DNA of 64,000 nt, taken from positions 8,209 through 72,208 of IMG/VR virus record IMGVR_UViG_3300037245_001773; one strand, 5' to 3'. The position numbers were made by a program, and so were the translations under genes. The DNA is from a virus. The notes beneath the pieces are model-generated. The model worked only from the letters and a program-made list of their open reading frames with translations, was not told where the DNA came from and ran no database searches. Each line of letters begins with the position of its first letter. Within the stretch, counting starts at the first letter, position 1. Shown here one piece after another: positions 1-9,766 of the stretch.

Positions 1-205
1 CGCCCATGATACCGGTCCCGCCTTTGTGGTTTTTTGACTCTGAATGACACCAGCGTTCCGAGCCGGTGACATATCCAAGGTGTCTGCAATGGCGCTCTTT
101 TGGTGGCGGCTGTTTTTGCAGATTCTTTTTCCGGCGCTTTTCTGGTTTTGGGAATGCAGGAACGTCAACCGCTCTGTCTTTAATGGCTTGGTATGTGTGT
201 TTCAC
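1..205 (-). CDS. Partial CDS running off the window edge; possibly a small Cys/His nuclease-like protein
   Basis: GTG overlaps the previous TGA; frame is open: MKHTYQAIK...HCRHLGY...WCHSESKNHKGGTGIMG. Confidence 0.4.
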   Translation of the reverse strand, partial: MKHTYQAIKDRAVDVPAFPKPEKRRKKNLQKQPPPKERHCRHLGYVTGSERWCHSESKNHKGGTGIMG

Positions 206-447
206 AGTGCTGAAAACTCTTTTTCAACTTCTGCAAGTTTGATTTGAATGCGTTTTTCTTGGGAGAAAAGGGCGATTTCAAAAAGGTCATGGTCTATCAT
301 CTTGTTTTCCCCGTATGCCCTTACAGCGCATTTATCTGGGTTCCTTTCTCCTCTGGCTCTAATTTCTTCCACCTTTTCAAGTTGACTTTTGAGTGCTTTG
401 ATTCTTTCAGTTAACAGATTTGCTCTCTCAAGTTTTTCATTGTCCAT
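202..447 (-). CDS. Hypothetical coiled-coil protein (start moved to MDNEK)
   Basis: AAGGA RBS before ATG 447; the upstream extension overlaps the HNH gene. Confidence 0.65.
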   Translation of the reverse strand: MDNEKLERANLLTERIKALKSQLEKVEEIRARGERNPDKCAVRAYGENKMIDHDLFEIALFSQEKRIQIKLAEVEKEFSAL

Positions 448-1120
448 TTTTATCCTTTTTTGATTGTTTGATACCCATAGCCCTGTGATAATCGGGATAT
501 TTAAATTCAGAATAACACTCAGGAATATTTTCACTGGCGCACCAATCATAAATAGTCCTCCTTGATACACCGCAAGCGATAGCGGCGTCTTTCGATCTCT
601 CATATACATAGCCATATATAAACCAACGCTTTGACGTCCTCCTATTTCCGCCGTTAACTTTACTGGTTGCCCACCTAACGTTTCCAGGCTCATACCCTCT
701 GTTGTTATTGATTCGGTCTATTTGGTGCTTTTTGCTCGGTGATGGCCCAATGTGTTTATAAAAAGCAAGGAAGTCATTTATCCATAATGTCGAAATATTG
801 ATTCCGCGACCTCCATAATTATGGTAGTCTGGGCTTTTCTTATTTAGGCACCTTTCTTTCAACTTACACCAGGCGGCATGTTCTTTTGTGTGCGACATGC
901 CGTGTTTTGTGTTTGCGTTTTTGGTACTTTCTTTATTTAGGCACCCGCAACTTTTTGTTACCCCTTTTCTTAATCTATACCCAACAATTGACACCGTATT
1001 CCCACAATCACAAAGACACTCCCAGTAAACCTTTCTATTCTTATGAGAGTCTTGCCGAATAACTGTTAGCCGGCTAAACTTTTGTCTCGTTAAATCAATA
1101 AACCTATTTCCGCGTTTCAT
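437..1120 (-). CDS. HNH-type homing endonuclease
   Basis: DLTRQKFSRLTV, WECLCDCG, KSCGC, YGGRGI and IDRINNNRGYEPGNVRWAT motifs. Confidence 0.85.
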   Translation of the reverse strand: MKRGNRFIDLTRQKFSRLTVIRQDSHKNRKVYWECLCDCGNTVSIVGYRLRKGVTKSCGCLNKESTKNANTKHGMSHTKEHAAWCKLKERCLNKKSPDYHNYGGRGINISTLWINDFLAFYKHIGPSPSKKHQIDRINNNRGYEPGNVRWATSKVNGGNRRTSKRWFIYGYVYERSKDAAIACGVSRRTIYDWCASENIPECYSEFKYPDYHRAMGIKQSKKDKNGQ

Positions 1121-1262
1121 CTTTTTTCTTTTTCCCTTCTCTGATGAAATACAAGTCCAGACCCATGCGGACAACAACGGACATTTTCATCCCTGTTTCC
1201 TTGCAGTGATCTCGAAGTGTCTTCGACCTCTCGTCGTCTATGGTAAATGTTTCTCGTTTCAT
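1104..1262 (-). CDS. Ribbon-helix-helix (CopG-like) regulator, 52 aa (not in ORF track)
   Basis: MKRETFTIDDERSKTLRDHCKETGMKMSVVVRMGLDLYF fits strand-helix-helix; sits directly after a promoter. Confidence 0.65.
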   Translation of the reverse strand: MKRETFTIDDERSKTLRDHCKETGMKMSVVVRMGLDLYFIREGKKKKDETRK

Positions 1263-1268
1263 AGTTAT

Positions 1269-1297
1269 AACTTATATGAATTATTATGAATAGTCAA
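1269..1297 (-). promoter_or_regulatory. Sigma70-like promoter with shared operator-like motif
   Basis: TTGACT-N17-TAAGTT; ATATGAATTATTA (+ strand 1274-1286) also occurs at 5605-5617. Confidence 0.55.
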
Positions 1298-1307
1298 GCT
1301 TTAATTA

Positions 1308-1724
1308 TCAAAAATTCAAAGCTATTTCCATTTCCAACTCTTCCCTGGTAGTATCTGGAATAAAGTATTTAAGAACGATATTGACCGCCTTATTGTAAAA
1401 AGCGTTAAATTCGTCCTCATCCATCGAAACGAAAGAGATTGACTTAGGGACATAGACCACAACCCCTTTCATCGTGACGTGCTCTTGATAGTGTCCTGTC
1501 CTAAGTTTTATCTCTGTCAGAACATCGTTGAGCGTGTCGTATTTATCTTGATTTTCAAATACGATATTGAAGAGGGAAAAGGCTTTTTTGTGGAAACGGT
1601 AATTCCGGGGCTTTTTTACTTCGCAACTCAGGACTTCGCCTTGCTTCCACTTTTTCAGGACTTCGGCGGCTTCATTATCAGCTGGTTCCAGTTTCGATAG
1701 ATTTTTGCGTAGATAAATTTTCAT
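1308..1724 (-). CDS. DUF1367-family (NinB-like) protein
   Basis: K-P-R-N-x-x-F-H-K-K-x-F and PKSISFVSMDEDEF motifs. Confidence 0.75.
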   Translation of the reverse strand: MKIYLRKNLSKLEPADNEAAEVLKKWKQGEVLSCEVKKPRNYRFHKKAFSLFNIVFENQDKYDTLNDVLTEIKLRTGHYQEHVTMKGVVVYVPKSISFVSMDEDEFNAFYNKAVNIVLKYFIPDTTREELEMEIALNF

Positions 1725-2011
1725 GTCATTGATTCAAGTGATTGCATTGCATCGATAAATTTGTACATGAATCTTTCTTCCTGCTCGGTTGTCTCACTCG
1801 GGAACGCCAACATAGCTTCTGAAATATGCGATATATGCCCGGCAGAGAAAACTTTAAATCCCATGATCTCAGGTATTACAAGGGCATTTTCAAGAACGCC
1901 CTGGTCGATTAACAATATGGCCTTGCTGAGATCAACCTTAAGACCTGTCTCAGTTTGTACGTCTCTCAGAGCTTGCCCGATTATCTCAACTATTTTTGTT
2001 CTTTCGATCAT
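1721..2011 (-). CDS. Hypothetical protein
   Basis: GGAG RBS; ATGA overlap with the next gene. Confidence 0.65.
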   Translation of the reverse strand: MIERTKIVEIIGQALRDVQTETGLKVDLSKAILLIDQGVLENALVIPEIMGFKVFSAGHISHISEAMLAFPSETTEQEERFMYKFIDAMQSLESMT

Positions 2012-2213
2012 ATCTCCACCTATTCTGATTTAAGATTATCGAATAAATTAAATATCTCTTCGGATGTTCCGAAATACTCCAAGGCGGCATCAACTCCAAA
2101 CTCCCTGATAGCCGCCTCGAACTTTTCTACTCCGGTACCATATAGGATTTCTTCATGTCCGCAAGTTTCGCATTTGTCTAATTTAACGATAGACATATCT
2201 CTACCTATTCGAG

Positions 2214-2486
2214 TTATTTATCATCCGAGTGAAGAAAATAGTGCATCATCTCAATGAATTCTCGACCTTTTTCGTCAAGATCATCGACCGACATAGCTAT
2301 CCCCAAATGCGACTCAGGATAAATTTCACCCATCTTATTGATGAGCTTGGCCAGCGTGTCGGACATACCCTCGGAAAGAAGATCGATTATATCCTCGGGC
2401 TTGATTGCGATTTGATGAGACTCAGTAACCATTGCGATTATTTCTTTTTGCTGGCCGTTATTTTTGTGAGACTCTGTAATTTTCAT
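2214..2486 (-). CDS. Hypothetical protein
   Basis: Co-oriented ORF with RBS. Confidence 0.6.
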   Translation of the reverse strand: MKITESHKNNGQQKEIIAMVTESHQIAIKPEDIIDLLSEGMSDTLAKLINKMGEIYPESHLGIAMSVDDLDEKGREFIEMMHYFLHSDDK

Positions 2487-2512
2487 ATCTCTACCTATTG
2501 AGGTTATTAAAA

Positions 2513-3115
2513 TTAAGCTGCAAAAACTATTTCCATTTTATTTTCAATGGCACTGATCATCTTAGCGCCAGCGGTCAAACCGATCTCAAGCTTTTTGTAC
2601 TTTTCAAGATCAGGAAGAACACGCTTGATAAAAATAATCTTGGCAAAATTAGGATTATAGGCCACAAAATCACACCACTCCTTTTCGCAAATCATCATCT
2701 GCATTTGCATCTGCCAGATATCTTCCGGTTTCAGAGTCTCTTCAGTCAGTAGCCTGAAATACTCCTTATCATCCCTGGCTTTTATTTCTGCCATCCCCCA
2801 ATGCCCAACAAATAAATCAGGGGAACATCCTGAAAATTCGTCATGGATTACGAATCCTATTTTCTGGACTTCGTTTCCAGTTTCGGCAGCATAAACAAAG
2901 GCCGCTGAGTCTTCAAGATCGTTTCCCCTTTTGGTATGGTGGTTTTGAAAATGATCAGGTTCAGCAATTGAATAATATTCCTGCATCATTTCCCTGGTAT
3001 AAGTCACTAGCCCTTTTCCATTGGCAGCTATTGCCTGGGCGTGACTTGCAGACATACGTTTTTCTTTCAGCTTCCACCATTCCGGGGATTTCTGATCAAC
3101 GTTAACTATCTGCAT
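2513..3115 (-). CDS. YqaJ/lambda-exonuclease-family recombination nuclease
   Basis: Q-x-S-x-E-W, SAS, RGNDLE, SGCSPD, EIK and WQMQMQM motifs; adjacent to RecT. Confidence 0.9.
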   Translation of the reverse strand: MQIVNVDQKSPEWWKLKEKRMSASHAQAIAANGKGLVTYTREMMQEYYSIAEPDHFQNHHTKRGNDLEDSAAFVYAAETGNEVQKIGFVIHDEFSGCSPDLFVGHWGMAEIKARDDKEYFRLLTEETLKPEDIWQMQMQMMICEKEWCDFVAYNPNFAKIIFIKRVLPDLEKYKKLEIGLTAGAKMISAIENKMEIVFAA

Positions 3116-3917
3116 TCTGCAACTCCTTGACTATTTTATCTTTCCTGATTGCAAGTGCATCAACAAAGACTTGTGCAAATTTGTCGCGCTTGGCCACCTT
3201 CAGATGTTTCTGATAGTAGTCAACCGTGTCTTGTACGGTTTTAAGGGCTTCAATCTCTCCCTTCATTTCGATAGGAAAGCCGGTTGGCTGGTCAAGATCA
3301 TAGTTCTCGTTGTCCAGTTTTTCAATACCCTCGTAGATATCATCAAAATGCTTCTTGCAAGCCTTTTTAATGACGGTCTTAAGGCACATTTCAATGAACC
3401 ACTTTTTCCAGATATAATCAGTTTTTGCGACTTCCCTGTGCTTTTTTAGTTCATCCGAGCTTAACGTGGTGATGAATTCGCCACGTTTGTTTTTAATAAC
3501 ACAGTAAGCGCCAATGACTTTATCCTCTTTTTTGGAACTGAAAGAGTTTTCCATTACATGGGTGTAAAGGACTTTCCCTGATTCTTTTTTAGGGCTGAAT
3601 TGATCCCCATCGTAAACGATATCCATGTCAATTTTTGACTCTGGGTAGGCCATCAGCATCTTGTTTCGATAGGCTACATAATCATAACTGACGCCAGTTG
3701 CAAGAAGTGTGATATGGACACCATCAAAAGTCATTTCAGACAAAGACACAGCCTTAAAAATATCTGCCAATTGTTGATCACTTCTGTGCTGCATCCATGG
3801 GTTTTTTGGTTGGTTGTCTTTCTTTTCGTTCTCAAGGTTCCAGCAGTATTTTGAAAAAACCTCTACGGCTGCCTGGTCGAAATCTTGAAGTAGTGCTGTT
3901 AGTGCTTGCGGGTTCAA
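3102..3917 (-). CDS. recT: RecT-family single-strand annealing protein
   Basis: IVYDGDQF, IGAYCVIK and W-x-x-W-F-x-EMCLKTVIKKACK motifs; paired with an exonuclease. Confidence 0.85.
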   Translation of the reverse strand: MNPQALTALLQDFDQAAVEVFSKYCWNLENEKKDNQPKNPWMQHRSDQQLADIFKAVSLSEMTFDGVHITLLATGVSYDYVAYRNKMLMAYPESKIDMDIVYDGDQFSPKKESGKVLYTHVMENSFSSKKEDKVIGAYCVIKNKRGEFITTLSSDELKKHREVAKTDYIWKKWFIEMCLKTVIKKACKKHFDDIYEGIEKLDNENYDLDQPTGFPIEMKGEIEALKTVQDTVDYYQKHLKVAKRDKFAQVFVDALAIRKDKIVKELQNADS

Positions 3918-4055
3918 TTGATCTCCTGTAGGATAGTGGTTGTGTAGCGTTAGATTACGGCTTCGTCATCTTCAGAATGGCGAAGATTATTTATTCCCTC
4001 GATCACCGTTGCGATAGCGATCATAGCGCAAAGACAAATATTTTCAGAATGTCAG

Positions 4056-4298
4056 TCATGGTTCAATCTCAAGTATCCAGCCTTTGCTTTTAACCTGCGA
4101 AATTATGCCGCAAGCAGTCGGTGGTTGGCCATTTGATTTGTTTCCATTTCCGTCAACATCCACTGAAAAAAGCGTTTTCCCATCAGATTCACGTATCAAT
4201 GAAAACTTTCCTCTGTGGTGATCCCATTTGGCTATATCTCCGGGCTCTGCGTGTGCGACATTTGGCCAGATTGGATATGTGTTTTTAATAACTTTCAT
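4056..4298 (-). CDS. Hypothetical protein
   Basis: Co-oriented ORF. Confidence 0.55.
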   Translation of the reverse strand: MKVIKNTYPIWPNVAHAEPGDIAKWDHHRGKFSLIRESDGKTLFSVDVDGNGNKSNGQPPTACGIISQVKSKGWILEIEP

Positions 4299-4443
4299 TT
4301 ATCCAACTCGTTTATAAGTTTGTCAGCCATCCAAACCGCATCAACAACCTTGGCTTCACTGTCCTGTTTTGGATTGTTTAGCAGGATGTATGATTTAAGA
4401 ATTTCTAGCGCCATTTCTGCCCGCTGTGCTTTTTCCCAATCTT

Positions 4444-4692
4444 TCATGATTCCCCCAAAAGTTTCTTGATATCACTGTCATAATAACCAGCCATCCAAAA
4501 GAACTTTCCTTCTGTTGGCTCGATATTGTGTTCGGTTTTCAAATGTTTTTCCATGCTTGGAATGCACCCTCGGTTCTCCGGCGTGTACCCGCAAATTTTG
4601 CAACGGTATTTAGTTGAGTAGACAACTTCAATATGTTCCGCATCTTCGAACATTTCTTTTTGCTTCTCTGTCATCGGTTTGTGTCCGTTCAT
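4444..4692 (-). CDS. C2H2 zinc-finger-like protein
   Basis: YRCKICG...MEKHLKTEH. Confidence 0.55.
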   Translation of the reverse strand: MNGHKPMTEKQKEMFEDAEHIEVVYSTKYRCKICGYTPENRGCIPSMEKHLKTEHNIEPTEGKFFWMAGYYDSDIKKLLGES

Positions 4693-5114
4693 GCATCCCC
4701 TTTGAATTTATCAATATCCAATGGAAACAAAACGTTTTGACCTCTCTGAATATCATTCCAGGCATGGTACATTGCCCATGCCCAATTTGTGACCTGATCT
4801 TTTTGTTCGGTCAGTTTTTCAAGCCTGCTTGACATTGCGCCTATTTCACCCTTTGCAATATCGCTTGATGCTTCGGCAACTTGACGAACAGCTTTATCAA
4901 GTGGGGTTGACGGTTTCTCAGGAGTATGGCTAATTGAACCATATGAACCCATGCTTGTCATTCCCTCTACGATCTGGTCTGCAACGTTTTTGATAATTTT
5001 ATCATTGCATGACAGATAATCGGCTATTTCTTCAACTTCATCAGGACCGAGTTTTTCAAGTATGTCTCTAAGGTCAAGAGTCACCTTGCCTCGATCAAAT
5101 GTAACTTGGCTCAT
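4689..5114 (-). CDS. Hypothetical protein
   Basis: GGAGG RBS; ATGA overlaps. Confidence 0.7.
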   Translation of the reverse strand: MSQVTFDRGKVTLDLRDILEKLGPDEVEEIADYLSCNDKIIKNVADQIVEGMTSMGSYGSISHTPEKPSTPLDKAVRQVAEASSDIAKGEIGAMSSRLEKLTEQKDQVTNWAWAMYHAWNDIQRGQNVLFPLDIDKFKGDA

Positions 5115-5380
5115 TTCGCCTCCGTTATTTGTTCACATAAATCCTTCAGAGCTTCATCTTTCGTTGATCCTGATCCGCTGAATTCGCCTAAATCGATGGT
5201 ATAAACTCCTGATGTGGCTAGTTTTGTCATCAGAATAGTGCAGAGCCAGGATTCCATGATTTCTGATTTGGAATAGATGGAAGGGATTGAATCGAATATC
5301 TCGTGGGTTTCTTTCTCGAAATATTCAGGTGGTACAGTGCTATCATACCGTCTTTGCGCTGATTTGAATTGATCGCTCAT
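5111..5380 (-). CDS. Hypothetical protein (C-terminus resembles a HicB-like GxTxxEA motif)
   Basis: GSGSTKDEALKDL. Confidence 0.55.
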   Translation of the reverse strand: MSDQFKSAQRRYDSTVPPEYFEKETHEIFDSIPSIYSKSEIMESWLCTILMTKLATSGVYTIDLGEFSGSGSTKDEALKDLCEQITEAK

Positions 5381-5565
5381 TACGCCCCTAAATAAGTTTC
5401 AATCGTTTCTTTCACATCATCCCGCATCGGGGTATTGCCATCCAACATGTTCATAAAATGGGAATACGTTATACTGTTATTAGCCCTAACGTAGTTCGCC
5501 CAGAACCATTTAAACTTTCTGTCAATGTCTGGCAATTTCAACTTCATCATCAACTTTTCTTTCAT
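5380..5565 (-). CDS. Small putative DNA-binding protein
   Basis: GAGGAG RBS; first gene after the promoter at about 5600. Confidence 0.6.
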   Translation of the reverse strand: MKEKLMMKLKLPDIDRKFKWFWANYVRANNSITYSHFMNMLDGNTPMRDDVKETIETYLGA

Positions 5566-5598
5566 TTCTCCTCTTACGTTTAATTAATGTGTTGATTA

Positions 5599-5628
5599 AT
5601 AATAATATGAATTATTAGTAAAAGTCAA
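5599..5628 (-). promoter_or_regulatory. Sigma70-like promoter with shared operator-like motif
   Basis: TTGACT-N18-TATTAT; same 13-mer at the same offset as the 1269-1297 promoter. Confidence 0.5.
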
Positions 5629-5993
5629 GCTATTTTTTTCAATTTATTTTTACTAAACAACCACACTTCCCGGCATGTCTCAATATCAAACATTCCAATA
5701 TGACATTTATCTTTTGTAATTCCCAGGAAATCGGCCAACATTTTATATGATTCTGTTCTTGTGAAATGCTTTTTCTTCCACAGTCGGTCGAATTCCTTGT
5801 GGGTTAATTGACGGGCTTTTTTAAGTTCTGCATTCGCCAATGTTCCAAGAGGCTTATCGGTTCCTTTATGACATCCAACGTGGGCATCGCACCGGTAACA
5901 AATCCACATTTTGCCATAGCTTCGATATCGGTAAATATAAATAGAATCAATTAGCTCTGCTTCTTGATTGCAATATGGGCAAATTGGTATCAT
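5625..5993 (-). CDS. DUF3268-family zinc-finger protein
   Basis: CPYC...WICYRCDAHVGCHKGTDKPLGTLAN...CHIGMFD. Confidence 0.85.
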   Translation of the reverse strand: MIPICPYCNQEAELIDSIYIYRYRSYGKMWICYRCDAHVGCHKGTDKPLGTLANAELKKARQLTHKEFDRLWKKKHFTRTESYKMLADFLGITKDKCHIGMFDIETCREVWLFSKNKLKKIA

Positions 5994-6202
5994 ACCGATG
6001 CAGTCTTAAATTCAGGGTGTTGATCGACATTGGCCGTACCATCCCGCAAGTCTTTGATGAGTTCTTTTTCCTGACCGATAGAGCGGGTTTTTACTTGCCA
6101 GTTTGCTGAGTTCTTGACCATTTGGGACCGTTCATCCATCAGGCGATTGATGCGTGAGCTTGCCTTAATGATAAGTCGATCTTTGTATGTTAGATTTTTC
6201 AT
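5990..6202 (-). CDS. Hypothetical protein
   Basis: Translationally coupled ORF. Confidence 0.6.
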   Translation of the reverse strand: MKNLTYKDRLIIKASSRINRLMDERSQMVKNSANWQVKTRSIGQEKELIKDLRDGTANVDQHPEFKTASV

Positions 6203-6567
6203 CAGAACCTCAAATTGAATCTACCTGAATAAGGGGCCTTTTCCAATCTCCTGTATAGATTCGGAGGTTGTGAAGGCACTGAGAAAGTGAGATAAAACTT
6301 TTTGGTGTGGACTTCTTTCATGTGCAACATTCCTTCTCTGTCCCAGTTTATAAAAACGATTGGGAATGCAAACAGAATTTCTGGTATTTCAACCTCTGGA
6401 GAATAGGTTTCTAAATGAATGACATCGATGTCTTCAATACCAACATATCCTCCGGTAGAGGATTCAATTAATTCTACACCAGCTTGTTGGATTTCTCGCA
6501 GGCATTCGTCAGTTGCTCCGGTTCCGTGTGAGTCTGTACTGGTAATCACATAAACTTTTTCTTGCAT
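6202..6567 (-). CDS. Hypothetical protein
   Basis: Coupled ORF (TGATG). Confidence 0.6.
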   Translation of the reverse strand: MQEKVYVITSTDSHGTGATDECLREIQQAGVELIESSTGGYVGIEDIDVIHLETYSPEVEIPEILFAFPIVFINWDREGMLHMKEVHTKKFYLTFSVPSQPPNLYRRLEKAPYSGRFNLRF

Positions 6568-6760
6568 TTATCAGGCACCTTAAAAAAATATTTGAGTCAG
6601 AGACCAGAAAGCAAATGCCCACCCGCACAGGACCAGAACGCCGCCCGTCATCCAATAAAGCGTGTCATTCCACCATGTCAAAACGAGAATAGTCAAGATT
6701 GAGAAAATAAAATTGGCAAACATTGTACTACGTTTTTAAATTGTCCGCTACGTTTAGAGA

Positions 6761-7078
6761 TTAGAATCGCTTTAAGGGCTTTTTGGGGACTTCTGAAAGT
6801 GAATTTTTGATATCCTGCCATGCGTCTTCGTATTTTGCTTTTTCATCACCAGAACAGGACTTGCAAACATAAAGATCAGCCATTTCAAAACTGATATTTT
6901 CAGGCGTTAGCTCTATGCCGCATTCGTAGCAACATTTCTTTTTTACTGCAACCCCGTGAGGGATTAGTTCCAGAACCTTCCATCCGTTGCATTTATCGGC
7001 ACAGACACGGCGGGTTATTCCTGGGCCGTGGTAGCTTCTGACTTTTCCGCCGCAATCTGGACAGGTTTCGATTGTCAT
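6761..7078 (-). CDS. Cys-rich zinc-ribbon protein
   Basis: CPDC, CADKC, CYEC and CKSC. Confidence 0.65.
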   Translation of the reverse strand: MTIETCPDCGGKVRSYHGPGITRRVCADKCNGWKVLELIPHGVAVKKKCCYECGIELTPENISFEMADLYVCKSCSGDEKAKYEDAWQDIKNSLSEVPKKPLKRF

Positions 7079-7545
7079 GCCGGTTTTTCATTCAGAGTAA
7101 CTTCGTCGACCATGCGTATAGCCTCATTAAATCCGTACTTCATGGCCTCATATCTGTCAGTGATATATAGATCCTCAAGACCGCAACCCATGGTTTCTGA
7201 ATTATATTCAACGTCAGATAGCACAGTATCAAGGGCACTCCATGCAATTTTGTCCTGGTCATTTCTGGCGCTCATGATTGCGCCTGCTATTTGAAAGAGA
7301 TTACCATCAACCGCACTTATTTCCGCCCCGTGAAGTCTGCAATACTCCATTGCTTCGCCGGCTGTTTTGAATTCACCCATGCTGGTTAATTCTTTGACGC
7401 GAGTATTGTCCTTTTCTTCTCTGACTTTTTCCAGCCAAATAAAAATACAACCCACTAAAACTGCCTGCTGAACGTTGGTTAATGCACATCCTGATTTTCT
7501 GAATGTGCTTTCTATTGAATCTATGATTTCGTTATTTGTTTTCAC
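7075..7545 (-). CDS. Hypothetical protein
   Basis: AAGGAG RBS, GTG start. Confidence 0.65.
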   Translation of the reverse strand: MKTNNEIIDSIESTFRKSGCALTNVQQAVLVGCIFIWLEKVREEKDNTRVKELTSMGEFKTAGEAMEYCRLHGAEISAVDGNLFQIAGAIMSARNDQDKIAWSALDTVLSDVEYNSETMGCGLEDLYITDRYEAMKYGFNEAIRMVDEVTLNEKPA

Positions 7546-7879
7546 AGGTTCTCCTTATTCCAATTTTTCACAAAAATAGTTTGATCTCTCCTTGAGACGT
7601 TTTTCTAGTCCCGGGATTGACATCAAATCAAGATCTTTGATTCTCTCGATGATATGTACATCTTCATTAAAAACATGATCGATCTGGTTTTCTATTTCGA
7701 CTATGCTTTCGATGAGATTATCTTTTCTGCTCACGCTTTACCCTTTTCAATTGAAATACCCATTAAAAAACCTCGTGCCAAATCAACGGCTCCGCCAGTG
7801 CAAATATCATAAAATCCGCATTTATGGCAGTGCACGTTGAGGCATCCACGGTCATTGACTATCTGCTGAGCCTGTTCTG

Positions 7880-8110
7880 TTAGTTTTTGTTTTTCGGAAA
7901 GTCCCATGCTTTCTTCTCCAAATCGTTTTTATCACTCAGTGAATCAAGTCTGACAGTCTTCTTTTTTCCGTAAAGCTCAATCAATGCCGATTTTTTGCCA
8001 CGTAGCTCAATGAAAGTGCATGGTGTCCTTGTTTTATTTACATTGTTCCAGTAGCCAGGGTCAGCGTAAATTATTCGATCATGTTTTTTAAATGTTAATT
8101 TCTGACTCAT
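7880..8110 (-). CDS. Hypothetical protein (start moved to MSQKL)
   Basis: GGAG RBS before ATG 8110. Confidence 0.55.
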   Translation of the reverse strand: MSQKLTFKKHDRIIYADPGYWNNVNKTRTPCTFIELRGKKSALIELYGKKKTVRLDSLSDKNDLEKKAWDFPKNKN

Positions 8111-8291
8111 TTGAATCACTCCCACATATGGCGCATTTCGTCTTTTGGCATCCAAAGAACACCTCTTATTTCACCTTCCCAGCTTACAGAATGGTCCTGA
8201 TAAGTCACTTTATGGCCTCCTGTCTCTTTGCATGAGTCTACCCACCATATTTCCCACTGTTCAGGCCATGAATCAATACCTTGATAAAATA

Positions 8292-8465
8292 TCATGTCTC
8301 CCGTGTGATTTTATTAGCCGGAAAATTTGCCTTTGCTTTTTTTAATGCAAAATGAATAACGCTTGATATAGTTCGACCCTCGTTTTTTGCTATCTTGCGA
8401 ATCCAATCGATTGTTTCCTTATCGGTTCTGGCGCTTACTTCTTCGCTTCTCGGTGCTGTTTTCAT
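8292..8465 (-). CDS. Ribbon-helix-helix regulator, 57 aa (not in ORF track)
   Basis: EEVSARTDKETIDWIRKIAKNEGRTISSVIHFALKK; AAGGA RBS. Confidence 0.65.
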   Translation of the reverse strand: MKTAPRSEEVSARTDKETIDWIRKIAKNEGRTISSVIHFALKKAKANFPANKITRET

Positions 8466-8567
8466 ATTCCTTTTTTGATTGTGTTTGGGATGTCAAGTCC
8501 CTTTTGTTTTAGGCTCTCACATTGACAATTTGAACCTTCCGGTTTTGTTTATGGTTGCCATGATTTG

Positions 8568-8596
8568 AATGTATAGGAGTTACACTTATCTGTCAA
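8568..8596 (-). promoter_or_regulatory. Sigma70 promoter for the leftward early/middle operon
   Basis: TTGACA-N17-TACATT. Confidence 0.55.
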
Positions 8597-8626
8597 GTAA
8601 AAAACACCTTTCGGTGAATTTATTTT

Positions 8627-9013
8627 TTACTCGTCTTTCGGTATGTTATCCGTAGGCCCCTCGTAGATTTCAATTGGGTATAGCTCCCCGCCCCACGATG
8701 AGTTGATTAGTTCTGTTCTCTCTGTATCACCACCATAAATAGCCCACAAGACCCTTGACTGGCCTTTGTACTTTGCAAAATAGTGGTTCTGTTCGTTCAG
8801 TTCTCCCACTTGCGCCAGTTTCATACATTTGCCATACATCTCGATCATAAATATGAACAGCTTCTTTCTCCCGCGTTCATCTTCATGATAGTTTAACATA
8901 TAGTGGCATTTAACCAGCTTTGGGGGCTCTTCTTTATCTTTATTGAACGGCCAAATAGCAAGCGCCGGGAATGATATCAATATGATTATGATTGAAAGGA
9001 GTAGTTTTTTCAT
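8627..9013 (-). CDS. Secreted hypothetical protein
   Basis: Sec signal peptide MKKLLLSIIIILISFPALA. Confidence 0.7.
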   Translation of the reverse strand: MKKLLLSIIIILISFPALAIWPFNKDKEEPPKLVKCHYMLNYHEDERGRKKLFIFMIEMYGKCMKLAQVGELNEQNHYFAKYKGQSRVLWAIYGGDTERTELINSSWGGELYPIEIYEGPTDNIPKDE

Positions 9014-9693
9014 CTTGAAAGGGGGAATGATATTCCGACAAATCCGCCGACGTGTGAGGGGTTCCCGTCATTTTCTGCCGCTGTTGGGATTTCTTCTTTA
9101 TCTGATGCCACCCGGACCCACTTGACCCCGGCGAAAAGATAGTTGCCTGCCCATGGTTGATTAAATTGTAGCCCTACCTCTGTCATCATGCCCAGGTCAG
9201 AAACGTCTTTCCCGTCCGAGTCGGTGGCCTCTATTAGTTTGCCCCACCCAAAATAAGCTTTCAAAGTCTGGAATAAATAAAAACCAGCGCCGACAAACCC
9301 GTATTTTATATTGAACTTTTCGTCGTATACTGCATCCAATGACTGATTTATCTGGTAGCTTCTTTGGCCTAGAGTCCCATACCAGAAAGCCCTTGGGGAT
9401 AGGTTGTGGACCACTGTTGCTTCTAGGTTGCCCGGAAAATAAAAGTCAAGTCTGTCGCCACCCGGGGTTTCAGCGAGTCCGAATCTTACCTCTAATTCTA
9501 AATCAAAGACATTTTCGCCCCTGTCAACATCGCCCCATGGTGTGTTCGGGTATGTCTGGCACGACTTTTGATTAACAGGATTGTACTCACTGACAGTTTC
9601 CCTTATCTTCTGCCCATAAGAGTTTGAAAGTCCACCAGCAAAGACCGGGAATGAAAGAAAGGAAATTAGAAGTACAAGGATAAGCTTTTTCAT
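9010..9693 (-). CDS. Putative outer-membrane beta-barrel protein
   Basis: Signal peptide MKKLILVLLISFLSFPVFA; amphipathic strands YGFVGAGFYLF, LKAYFGWG, YLFAGVKW and GGFVGISFP; GAGGA RBS. Confidence 0.65.
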   Translation of the reverse strand: MKKLILVLLISFLSFPVFAGGLSNSYGQKIRETVSEYNPVNQKSCQTYPNTPWGDVDRGENVFDLELEVRFGLAETPGGDRLDFYFPGNLEATVVHNLSPRAFWYGTLGQRSYQINQSLDAVYDEKFNIKYGFVGAGFYLFQTLKAYFGWGKLIEATDSDGKDVSDLGMMTEVGLQFNQPWAGNYLFAGVKWVRVASDKEEIPTAAENDGNPSHVGGFVGISFPLSR

Positions 9694-9710
9694 GGGATCC
9701 TCGTTTTTAA

Positions 9711-9739
9711 TTGACAAAAATTTAACTGTTGAGTATACT
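9711..9739 (+). promoter_or_regulatory. Consensus sigma70 promoter for the lone plus-strand gene
   Basis: TTGACA-N17-TATACT. Confidence 0.75.
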
Positions 9740-9766
9740 TTAAATTAAACCCTAACATAAAGCAAT

